From NCBI GenBank assembly GCA_030141605.1, contig JAQGDQ010000131.1:434001-498000 (forward strand): a stretch of DNA of 64,000 nt. The letters run 5' to 3'. The DNA is from Tubiluchus corallicola. Taxonomy: Eukaryota; Animalia; Priapulida. How positions within the stretch are numbered: position 1 is the first letter of the stretch; each line of letters starts with the position of its first letter. The notes below the pieces were generated by a model. That model was given only the letters and a program-made list of their open reading frames with translations, was not told the origin of the DNA and searched no databases. Of the stretch, positions 24,126 through 36,200 are shown in pieces. A program made the position numbers and the translations under genes.

Positions 24126-27100
24126 TCACTGTGATGGCAAATGCTCGATAGCTGTGTGAAACTTGAAGCCTTCTGGAAAGAGGTCAACAGCTCGTGGGTA
24201 CAGCAGCTTGTACGACTGCTTGATGGTGACTTCGGCGACTCCAGCTGTGTCTCCAATTTCTGAAAAAAAGTATCTTTTTATTGTCTAACGCGATTGCTAA
24301 AATTCCTACACTTTTGTAGTTTTGTTCAGTTACTTTTTGGGTTTAGTGGATAGCTCCTAACCTACAACGATAGATTCCTAGAAAAGAACACAGAAAGAAC
24401 ATGATGGCTTGACAGTAAATAATAAACATTCATAGAAAACTTTCTCCTTGCAGTGTATAATTGGCTACAGCAAAGCACAAACATGAAAACTGGCTGACAG
24501 TCAGCCTGAGGAGTTCAGTAATCAAGCTTATTAGCTTTATACTTGTATAGCTCAAACATGGATAAATGTTGGTTACTAACTTAAAAAATCTGCAGCTTTT
24601 GCATTCTAAACCCCTACCTCAAGCTTTAAACAGCAGACCGCAGTTTTTTACATTTGATGTCAGGGTGGTGCTTATAGACTATTATAATGAGAAGTGATCA
24701 TAGGTTAAAAGGTAAAGGCACCAGCAAGAATTCAATAACTTGAAACATGTATAAGCCAGTTTAGCTAAACGTCATGACAAGGACATAGTTCAGACGGCAG
24801 CTTACAATTTTCTAGTTAAGTAGTTTCAGAAATTACAGCAAATCTGTTTACAATATTAAAACCTAAAAACAAGCCTTGCCTTTTTGCGTCCTTTTATCTT
24901 CAGAGGCTTGAGATGCCATGTAAATTGCAGCAGCAGCAACAGATATAGGACTCCGGCTATAAACAAAATGTTAATTATAACTTGAGTATATTTAAATAAT
25001 TGCAGTTCTATGGGAAAAGGAAACAGTCGTGCATCGGTCAGAATTTAGACCCTCATTATTATTTCAACTTATTTTATTGTGATTTAAGGCAACTGATTAC
25101 AATGCAAGTCATTTTTAAATATAATGAAAAAGATAACTGCTGTATATCTGAAATAAATTCAGTTTCCCTGAGACCTTCAATAACTGTATGTATGCCATAA
25201 AGCATGGAAAGACTAGTATATAAACCTGGCTGCGGGAGTTTTTGTCAATCAAGTCACACCCGAAAATATAAAAAAAACAATGGGTAAAACTAGTGTACAG
25301 AAATTTCAAAATGATTTAAAATTTTTACGATAAGAACTAGGCTGCTTACCCTGGGACTAGATCAAACTCAACGGCCCTTTTGGCGACACATGTCGCAGCA
25401 CGCTGAACCGAAGTTGGAAGTTGCAGCAGTGAACAAAATCGAGACTAAAACAACAAACAAATAGATAACAATCATTTCAAAACAGATCGCAAAATTATCA
25501 AAAGAAGATTTCATATTATTATGTCCAAGATGTAGCAAGTGTAAAAAAGACATACCAAATAATAATAATATGTTAGCAATTCAATTAATTACTTATTATT
25601 CATTTTAAGTAAGACACTCTACTAAATTTTATTTATACAAATGTGCTGCCATGTACAAATTCCACAAAGAAATAATAAAAAATTTCGACGCAATAACACC
25701 AACCATAAAATCACTGGTAGTTATGAGATCAACGTTAGTTTCCAAGGCTTTCAGGATCAACTTAAAACACCGACCGATTTCCTTCTTTGATACTTTAGAC
25801 ACTGCACAGATTTCTGAAAGAACACAGTAATTATAACAGTTTGTTCAATCTGCTATTATCAGGGGCTGGTAAGTTTAGGAAATCTATTACTCGAGCATGT
25901 TTGCAAGCTATAACATATGTGCATATATCTAGACAAGGCACAAAATTTTATACCAGTCAGACCAACAAATGTGGAACAGTTTGGTAACTTGTAAATTTCG
26001 GTTACAGCACTTCATTCACTATTCAATAAAACTAAAACTCACATATTACTGCATTTTTAGAGCACCATTTGCAAAACACAAGTTCATGGCATTCAATGAT
26101 GTCTTTTACAGTTGGTGGATACATTGGTTTTTTAGACAAGTAAAAATGGTTGATAAATTGACAAAACTGAAACATTGAACTACCTTTAAATGTGCGAGGA
26201 ACACCCTCCTGTCGACAAGCGATGTACAAACATGCAGATGCAATTGCATCATTAGCCCGTCCTTTAAGTGACTTACTATCATGAACTTGTTTAAACAATG
26301 TGTTGGCTCTGTCCTAAAATTAAACAAAATGCTTAAAAATAAAACAAAACAATTATCAGCTTGGTGATTTTACACAGCATAGTGCTTTTTTAGCAAAAAA
26401 TTAATATATAATGCAGAAAACTTCAGATATTATAGCTAAAAAATCAAGCTCTAAAGACTGATTGACTGAAGATATCACAATCATGTACGTTACATGCACA
26501 TTCAGTAGCTAAAATAAGCATCAGATTTTAATGAACTGAAATCACTTATGAATAAGCAATTAACATTTAAGAATAAGCAAGCAAAGAGTGCAACTCTAAT
26601 ATACATAAATACTATACTCCAATGCCTATCACATGATTGCTACTTTATGACATCAAGGACTTTGCAAGTTCCGGCCAACAATTTAAAGGGGTGTTCACTC
26701 AGTTTATGCAAATCTTTTATTACTATACTTTGCTCAGACAAAGAACTCTTTGATGGCTATAGCAATTCACATTAGATATGAACAACTTAGACAGAATACA
26801 AATATGCCTGCTAACATATACATTAAACTATTCCCCAAAGCACACACTATATTTAAGTCTAACACCATTGTTTACACAAAAAATTAATACTCCTTCAACT
26901 AAAAAACATTAATAATAATGATAATAGTGTATACAGGTATAAAACAAAAAAAACAATAGTTGAGTGGTTAAGCTATGTGTATGACAACCAGTGGATGGTT
27001 AAAAACTGGTTCTCAGAGATTTCATTTCCCATACTGACCCAGATAATTCTGTTAGTGAGTTATAGCTAAATAAGGTTAAGATACCAGCTAGAAATGTTTG

Positions 27101-30100
27101 CTCAGTATCTAGCCTTAAAGGATTACAATTGACATTAAATTAGGTTCTTTTCCCCCCCACAACCATCAACATTAGCAGGACTTATTTTAAGTGCTGAATA
27201 TAGGTTTATAGTGTGTTAAGCTACACAAAAAAGTACATTAGCAGACATACCACGATTGTTCGAGGCAGATTAATTCTATCAGACATGTTATTTATTTCTC
27301 GGAATGCCGCAAGTAGCGCTCGGTCAGAACTATTCATCTGAAAAAAAGTGAAAAGAAATTTACAGTAACTATACAGCTGAGCTTAATTAAAATATGCAAA
27401 TTTCACTTTCATTACCAAAATATTCATTATACTTTTGAAAAAAGGGGAAAACTTTCTAATTTTTTTAAGTGCAGGCCAATATAATCTTAAGATTATTATA
27501 ATGATGGTACAAACCACAAATCATTAATAATAACTTTGACATTAAGATTGTAATAACTAATTAATCACCCAATTAAAATTAATGAAAATATAAAAAAATA
27601 ATTTAATTAGTTAGAATCACTCAAATGAGTGACCTAACATGGGAAATACTGAACATTGCTGGACACTTATAAAGGATGAACTTTGGACAGCTTTGACCAC
27701 TGATGTATATCATGGACCTAGTGGTTTAAAGTGGCTGCTTTGTAAGCAGAATGTCTCTACTTTAACCCTAGGCTGTAGTCCAACTATTTCATAGTTTCTG
27801 TCTTTTAAGTAGGGTGTCAATATGAACTAGCTGTGGGTTCGAGCCATCATTTAGTTTCTAAGTAAATAATGAATTTATGGAATTGCACTTTACAAAAATT
27901 TTTACTTTTATGGAATTAACCAAAATCACTGATATGTAATCCTAAGTGCAAGCTTTAGAAATTAGTGGTTACTAAATTTTCACAAGAATAAAGAGCCATG
28001 ACAGCAAATATCACAACAGTACTGCAGTGCGCCATTACACTTCTAAGACTGCAGTGTTCTATATGCTAATTTGCAGTTTAGAATTACAGTATTGCAGCAC
28101 TCTAAATTGCAGATGAGTACGGCGGTGACATACAGTGTGTCATGAACGCTTGAATGCCATCATTACACATTCATACTTACATTTCGTCTATTGGTTTGGT
28201 AGCGAGGCAATCCATTATCGTCGAAACCGGATGACCCAGTCGGCTTTCCTATCACAGTTGATAAATCACTGCCACTTAGAAGTGGATTCTGAAATTCAAT
28301 AAAATATTTTCTTCTGATTAATTACAATGTCTATCACTAGGTGGCAACACGAATTACATATACAGCATCTGCTGTTATGGAATAACAGAAATGACATACA
28401 TCAAAATAATTAACGTTACAGTGCAACAAGACTCAATTAAGTGTACAGTTATGATATACCAAACTCGTCTGTGTCACAAGTAACTTTACAAAAAGGATCA
28501 GCAAAAGCTCTTAAAGTCTACACAATTAAAAGGCAGGTTTCCAAATGACTTTCCCAACTTGTTTTCTATATTTTATATACACCACACAGAGCTTTATATA
28601 CATAGTAAAATCAATCAGTCATGTTTTACAAAAAATTATCAAGAATGTTTTTAGGCTTTAGCACACTTACCTCGGCTGCTCCAACACGATTGGGATCTGT
28701 ATTAGATTTGTCGTTGCTGAAGGTTCTCCACTCTGATCCAACATCGATGACTCTAAAAGCAATTTTAATTAAACATGTTGTAAGCAAATAAATCGCAAAA
28801 TTTAAAACAATGTAATTAGATTTAGACAAAGAAAAAAGTACCTCAAGTGATTGCAAAACAACACACCTAATTCCAAAAAAGATTTATGTCAAAAAAAGTT
28901 AATTTTTGGGTCACAGTCACTGCCAGTACACTATTTTCATTGCCAAATGACTAAACTTATTACTGGAAAATATAAAATACTACTAACTACTTATGATTTA
29001 CGAGGCACTTGAATGGTTTACTATAGTATATAGCAGTATTAAATGCACATATTTAAGGAAACTGTGATTATTAACTGCCTGTGTGGTGTGTTAGTGTAAA
29101 TATAAGCAGATTTCTAAGCATATGCTTGCTAGAGCACCTGAAGATTTAAACTTCTATCAAACATTCAATTCTTTAACACTTCATATAGCTTACATAAAAT
29201 CTTATCAAAATTTCAAAACGAGCTATCTTTTTAGTGCGGACCGTAAAGAGTAAGAAAATATCAGTACTATCGTTATCAGTGCCATCATGGTATATAGTTG
29301 TGCTGACAAACTCACCTGTCGCCAACAACAAGGCCACACTCAGAACACACCATATCACCAGCTCGGTAGTCTTCTATCAGAATAGCACTTGGATGGTGTG
29401 GGCAAGTGACCCGAGCCAATGCACTAAATGTACAATAATAATGGTAAACAAACAAGCAGGATAACAAAATGATCACTAAGCATCTTGGCTTCTAGGAAAG
29501 TAGAGTTAAACTCTTCCTGCAGAGTTCAAGGCTGAATGGTAAAAGCCAACGAATTCCTAGAGTTAGGGCAATAGGTTACAAATCCTCTCTTGAGAATTGA
29601 TTCAGCTGATTAAGATCTAGGAATCCAGACTAAAAATTTGGATGAGAAACTTTTTGTTTCGCCTTGGAGTCACTTCCAGTATTAATGCTTTTATTGTTTT
29701 CGACGGTTTGTAGCATGAGTGCTTAAGGTAAAAAGCTACAACTGTCGTACACATAGAGAACACTTTGTGGTATTAAAAATCTTAGCTTTTGTAAAGTGTA
29801 TGATAGATGTTTTAATGAAAGACACTTTAAAATACAAGCCACTATCTGATACAATGTCAACAATGCTCAGAAGTCATTGAAAAACGAAAGTAATGGTTAT
29901 TGTAGTGGCACTACTTTCATGCAGTAGTTATATTTGACTACTTTTTCAAAATGCAGCCACCAGTTTTTGTAGATTCAAGTAATTATATTTTTAGCGATGC
30001 ACTCTTAACAACCCATTGTGTATGTATCTGTGCTTTGTATTAATTACGTGCAATGGAAAAATATAAACAAATTGGTGCACGGACAATTTAGGTAATCCTC

Positions 30101-30907
30101 TCTCTGTTTGTTCTCTCTCTCTCTCAGCTTCACTCTGCCATATTTGCCACATATGTTCACATAATGCCACATTCTGCTCACATTGCCACATTCTCTCACA
30201 TATTACTCTATGCTGCTCTGCCACATTTATCTGCATCTGCACTGGTGGTTTACATATTTTTATTATTTCTATTTCTCCTCTCTCTGTTTGAATGAAAACA
30301 CCTAGTGGTATGAAACATGATAATCGGCATGAGTTTGCTGAGTCCATCAAAGAAGATAATAGCCGCAAAATTGTAACATAGTGCTGAAAGACTGCGCTTA
30401 TGACAATGCCACATGTGCGCAGAAGGTACGAAATGGTGGAGCTGAAATAGTCTTATGTAAGAAATTGTTTATGGGTATGTTGTGGCTTGATACAATAGTA
30501 AACGAAATTCATAACTTCATGGATATTGAAATGAAATGCTATCATTAAAACACCTAGTCGCCGTCCATATGCAAACCATTGACAGTAGGTCGTAAAAAAT
30601 CATTTTCCCATGTTATGTAGAGCCACTCTTTAAATCACTGTGTACATGTGTCTTAGTACTGTTTTCAACAATACCCCTTGTGAGTGCGTTTTAAAAAGGA
30701 ACCCCTAAACTGCAAACTAGCCAATAAATTGTGCCAATGCTACAATATAATGTAACAGTACTATAATGTAATAACCAATAGGCCAAGACATAAATTAGAC
30801 AGTATGCCCATTATAGGGCGCTATTACACTTTCGCACCGCCTAGCTTTTTATAGGTTATTACTCGTTTTTAGGCTCGTAAGTCATCATTCTATTATTCTT
30901 ACGTCAT
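24126..30907 (-). CDS. GTF2B: General transcription factor IIB, 10 coding exons, ~311 aa
   Basis: Exons 30907-30903 (ATGAC|GTAAGA, start tentative), 29423-29316, 28752-28671, 28288-28181, 27337-27251, 26313-26184, 25813-25704, 25444-25350, 24956-24880 (GC donor) and 24259-24126. Zn ribbon CPHHP...[15 protein letters not shown]-reader [12 protein letters not shown], and cyclin repeats [20 protein letters not shown] and [19 protein letters not shown]. Confidence 0.97.
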
Positions 30908-31562
30908 CAGTGAATGTTTCCGCTAATCTAATTGTAATTTAATAATATATTTAGGTATAATTACCAATAATTACGCTGTATTCACAGTTCTACACCTATA
31001 CAGGGCGTATCGCCATCTTGTTTGTGTGTGTAGTCACGTGACAAATTTCGTACTAGTTTATGCATTATCAGGGCCTAACTTAAAAGGCACGTGACACACT
31101 TTCATCTTCACCGCATTTACGAAATAAAGAAAAAACCTTTACTTTTTTATAATCTAATAGTAATAATACTACAGTAATAAATAAAATTAATGATAAATAA
31201 CTGTAGTGGGCTAAAATAATTTCCCGCGGTACGATACAAACTCACGTGGCTGCAACCCTAATAATCATAAATTATGCGAAGAAACTAAAAATACAGGTTA
31301 AGGGCCACACACGTCACTGCGCGAGAGCGATTGCGCATCAGTGGTGTAAACACGGTTATTCACGTGCAGCTTTTAATGGCGGCGGTAGGTAAGTAATGCA
31401 TGATTTTAATCTGATTTTAATCTGGACTTATAAAGCGTAAGAAGCAATAATATTATGGGAATATGGTGTATATTACGCCTGTTGGTCTGCTTTCTGGCCT
31501 GCAGGCATGAAAACAACCAATAGGCCAGGAAAAGCTAGGCGGTGCGAAAGTGTAATAGCGCC
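30817..31562. repeat. Perfect 33-bp inverted repeat pair (30817-30849 and 31530-31562)
   Basis: GGCGCTATTACACTTTCGCACCGCCTAGCTTTT is the exact reverse complement of AAAAGCTAGGCGGTGCGAAAGTGTAATAGCGCC. Confidence 0.95.
31010..31395. promoter_or_regulatory. Putative bidirectional promoter (TFIIB leftward; ATP13A1 leader or another transcript rightward)
   Basis: CpG-enriched, with four CACGTG E-boxes (31035, 31088, 31243, 31361; the first is the palindrome GTCACGTGAC). YY1-like motifs face outward at both ends (minus CAAGATGGCG at 31020-31011; plus TAATGGCGGC at 31374-31383). There is a strong plus-strand donor AG|GTAAGT at 31388/31389. Confidence 0.65.
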
Positions 31563-31979
31563 AAACGCGGTACCATGATAACCATGATCATGAACTGCTG
31601 TGTTAGTTTCATGACGTCATATGATGTAAAGCCCATTTTTCGTGACATCATGCTTTTAAGCAGTACTGTAACACCTATGCAAATGTGCTTGACGCGCATG
31701 GGAGGACGCCTACCATTGCACAAACTGAGGTTAGTTTATGACGTAAGCAATAGCTGTGTTCGGTTGCCGTTAATTAACTTTCTAAGCTAATTATTCAAAT
31801 ATAAAGAACAATTGCTAACTTTTATAAGCAAGAAAATGTATGTTTGGACAGTAAATTAAAATGAGATTGAGTCTAAACAATGGTCCGGTCTTCCTTTAAG
31901 TAAATGGCCCCATCAACCAAAAGAAAACTGTAGAATAACTTATACAACAACATCATCATTACATTAAAAAGAGTATAGC

Positions 31980-32898
31980 TGTTGGGAGCCGAGTGGACCA
32001 CTGCGCCAAGTAGACCACTTGATGCGCTAAAAGTAGTGTCCTACATGGCAGCCCAAGTAGGACACTAGCGATAAATGTAGGTGTTAGATGTAGGATTGTT
32101 TAGCTGTAGACTTAAATATTAAGTGAGAATATTCCAGTGTTTATGAACTTTTGTCAAGTTTTGCCTTTTGTCAAGTTTTGGTTTATTGTGTTACTAGTAA
32201 TAACTTTTTTGAGTCCCAACCAAAATGTTATTTTGTAATATTGTTGTAGCTTAGCCTGTTATTTACTTTGCTCGTATTTATTATTGTTTCCATAGTCATA
32301 TTTATTTTGTATTGCATTCCGTGAAAGTGCATTGCTAATTCAGTCAAATATTTTGCTACTTGAATTGCATAAACATGTTTATAAAAATGCAGCTGATAAA
32401 TTTTTCTAACATTAATTCCAAATCCTCAGTGTGGATGAAAAATATTGGTTTGTTATAGCGATGTTGCCCTATGAACAAACTGACATTTTCAAAACAAAAC
32501 GAAAATTGATTTTGAACTGAAATAGCAATCACTGTGTGTATGTATGAGTGGGCATAAACTGATCGCTTCAAAGGCAAGGTAGCCATCAAAACATTTTTTG
32601 CTGAGCTAATTAAGTCCAACCTCTCGACCTCCTCGCGGTGCTTCTACCAGCTCAGAATAAAATTCTTTTATTTTATTAGATGTATAATATTAATAAATTA
32701 TTCAACGTGTACTAACGTTTTTAATTATTATTATTACATAAACAAGCACAACGGACGGTGTCAGTACACTTAACGACTCAATTCGCGAACTGTCTCTAGT
32801 GCCCTACTTGGGCAGCCCAAGTAGACCGCGGTCTACTTGGGCTAGCCCAAGTAGACCAATTGGTCTACTTGGCGCAGTGGTCCACTCGGCTCCCAACA
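31980..32898. mobile_element. Young non-autonomous Ginger-type element (919 bp)
   Basis: Perfect 38-bp TIRs TGTTGGGAGCCGAGTGGACCACTGCGCCAAGTAGACCA, TGT...ACA termini and a 4-bp TSD TAGC (31976-31979, 32899-32902). Subterminal CCAAGTAG repeats are present and there is no transposase ORF. Confidence 0.85.
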
Positions 32899-33260
32899 TA
32901 GCTATATAAAGAAGTTAGTGAATTTTTAATTAACTAAATAAACTTTGATCTTCGCATCTTAAGTGTTTTAAATGTTACATTTGTTTACAGCTAAGAAAAG
33001 TACCACCTCGCGGGCGCAGACATCTTGATAACTGGGAACTAGGATGGGAAGTGGGAATCTCAAAATCACAAAGGCAAGTACTTTTAAATTTCGCAAACGT
33101 TAATAGAAGTTTTAAAAAAATAAGTAGACGCATATTATATTTAGGATTTAAAATTTTTTATGTTGCATTAGTGCTTTTACACTAGTTTTATAATTAAAAT
33201 ATCATGTAGTGCCATCTTCCAACGGCTCTCGTTATTCGTCACTGCTGACTAGGAAAAACT

Positions 33261-36200
33261 ATGGCGTCTAAGTGTGTTGACGAAGAAATACAGAGTATAT
33301 CGTTGCATACTGTAAATCCTTTTTTATTTCATGGGTACATTGGGCCATTTCTACTAATATATACAATATGGATATATATATGGGAAACACGTTATGGAAT
33401 CACTGATTATTTTGAGGCAGGCTGTATCGTCATTGCTATTATTGGTCTTCTACAAATTCTCACATGTCTTTCTTGCCATTGGTCTGTCCACGTGAAATGC
33501 CTTCTCACATGCAAAAGAGTAAGTAAGAATTATACTAAATTATGATTACATGCAATAAGCATGTTTAAAAAGCACGCCTGTAGAAATATAGCTTAAAGAA
33601 ATTAGACAAAATGCATTACACTGATCCCAAGCCACGATGTCTATTATTATGCATACTTGATTGTTGATACTGCTAGTGTTCCTGATGACTCGGCTTCAAA
33701 AATATCTACGTTGTTGGCACTAATAACACTTTCATCAGGGTTGCGGCACTAATAACACTTTCATTAGGGTTGCGCCAGAATCATATCGCTGTATGTGTGA
33801 AGAAATCGTTTTTTAAATCTGCATGAGTACGCCCTGTTTAAAGAACTTGAGCTGGATGACCTCTTGTAACACGATTTAAAGTAAATTATTTTTCTCAAAG
33901 TAATGCATAAAAAATTACAATGTATTATCTTAATGGATTAGACATCGTTTGAAGCCGCTTATTTGTTTTTGTCACCTTACAGCAGCTTTTTGCCATGTAA
34001 TACATTTATTGTCTAGGTTTTATAGTATGGTAAATGAAGTATGTTCTTATAGGTAGTATTAGTGAATTCATCTACTGTTTTGTAGGTATCAGATGCTTCA
34101 AAGGCTGCAGTGGTCAAAGTAGTTCCAACTCCAAATAATGGTCTGCCGGAGCTAGTGAAACTGCACCATGAATGGGTGACTATTCAATTCAATTTTTAAT
34201 TTATTTATCTCTTTATAATACTACAATAAAACATGATTAATAAAAGAATCGCTAATAAATTTTGAAGAATGTTTAAAATGAATAGATAGATCTAGAACTA
34301 GAGAAAGAATAGCGAAAAGACTATAAAGTCACCTAGTCTGCGATGAACCTTGTTTTTTAGATGTGCTGATAATTACTATAGACACCATTGAAAAAAACAT
34401 ATGTACGAAGTAGTAAAATTTCTTTTAAAGGAGCGTTAAGGTCACTTTTTAGAAGTATGTGTTTTTAAATGTATCCATATCGTACTATAACCTGCCATGT
34501 GTGTCTCAGTCCGTAAACTCATTGTTTGGCCAATAAAGTTACTTCCAATTCGATGATGATGTCACACTGTACACAAGCGGCGATGGCTTACAATTCGCGC
34601 TCAGTAAATCAGGTGTGCTGTAGAAACATGTAAAGTTAGTTTACTTTTAACAAAGTCAACTTTATCAGAATTTTGCTAGGTCTATGTATAACTGGCAGTA
34701 GAAATGACTTTCAGACAGCATTTTTTAACTCTTTAAAAGAGTGCTTCTACACTTTAGATACTTGGGAAACATTTTCAACATTCAGTTTTTGGAAAGTGTA
34801 AATAAGTTCCAGAAAAGAAAAATTGCTTTAAACATTTAGGTCAAAACATTACATATAGTGTTTACTCTAAAATTTGGTTGCTGTATAATTTCTGTTTAAA
34901 CACGTAGTCGTATGTCAAAGCTTGCCATATTCTGACTTAACTCTGCATCTCAAACTGAATAAAAGTTTCCAACTTTAGCGGTTTTGCTAGCCAAAAGTTT
35001 AATGTAGGCCACACAATAATGAGAGTAACGTAAGTCTCTTTATTATGTCTTTATTCTGTGATGTAGGTATTATTACGATAGCTAAGTGCTCCTATACTAC
35101 GTACAGCGTTTCCGACATTTTATGCGTTGTCTAGCACCGTGGATGATTCTATTTTGGGCAGTGGAAGATGGTGTTCTGTGTTACTGTGTTTACTGTGTTC
35201 GCTTTTTGTGCTATATTCACATTAAAGTCAATTTTATCTGAATAGTTAGTCTGCCAAGTAAACAATGTTTTTATATTAAATTGTTATAGCACAATAAGAC
35301 ACCCACTATCTAAAAATATTTGTGATTATTGGTAAAAATATTCATTGCTTAAATTGTCAGCTGACTGTTTTAAACTTGCGCTCAACGATTTGCACCTAGG
35401 AATTCAGCGAAAGTGTCACAGAGTCGCATTATATTGCATTTAAAACACACACATAAAACTACATAATTTCAGTTAGTCTAAAATAGTTTAACGAATATAT
35501 ATATATATATACATTCATTAAAAGAGAATGTTTAGCTCTTATTGGCAAGAATAACAAGCCTGAATTGATTAGCTACGAGTCCGTTTGTACAGCTAGATAG
35601 TACTTGCTGTACATGTCGGAAGATGTACTTCTACCAGCTTTTGAGTTACGAAGCTTACATATACAAGCTAGTTGTGGATCAGAGCACTGGTTGGAGCAAA
35701 TTTTATGGCATGTGCGTTTTATAAAAATGAAAAAATAAATAAATAAATTGAGAGTCATCCACTGTTCCCATACAAATCAGTTCACATGCCTAAGAATTCT
35801 CTGACTTCCAATGATCTGTTCACCTGTAAATGACACAAAAATAAAAATAATTGCACAAAACAGTAAGCGTTTTGTCTGGCTGGCGAGTGTCGACATGGAT
35901 CCGTGTGACGCCACACTCAATAATAAACAGGTTGTTCAACGAGCACCAATGAAAAGAAAATCAGACAAAATTGATATTTAGTCTTATGCATATCATGAGC
36001 AGTATTTTACCCATACTTTCTAAAAGACTTCAATGTTCTTTTAAAGATGTGTGTTTTTACTTTCCATTTCACTGTGTTCAGTGTTCTCAGTTTCACCAAG
36101 GTTGTAAATGGTTGACCACAAAAATAATCTTAAGTGTTTATCAGTTTTTTGTTATGGTTACTACTAAGAATTTAGAAAATCTTGTTTACTTTTGCTAGTA

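Noticed and set aside
28334-28347. CTCF-like motif TCACTAGGTGGCAA in a TFIIB intron
   Set aside because: A single short match, not distinguishable from chance without ChIP data.
29991-30600. 125-aa ORF and ~21-bp TGCCACAT repeats in TFIIB intron 1
   Set aside because: Low-complexity, probably TE-derived, with no recognisable domain.
33043-33263. In-frame TGA upstream of the ATP13A1 ATG read as selenocysteine
   Set aside because: No SECIS was recognised, ATP13A1 is not a known selenoprotein, and the splice needed is itself unproven.
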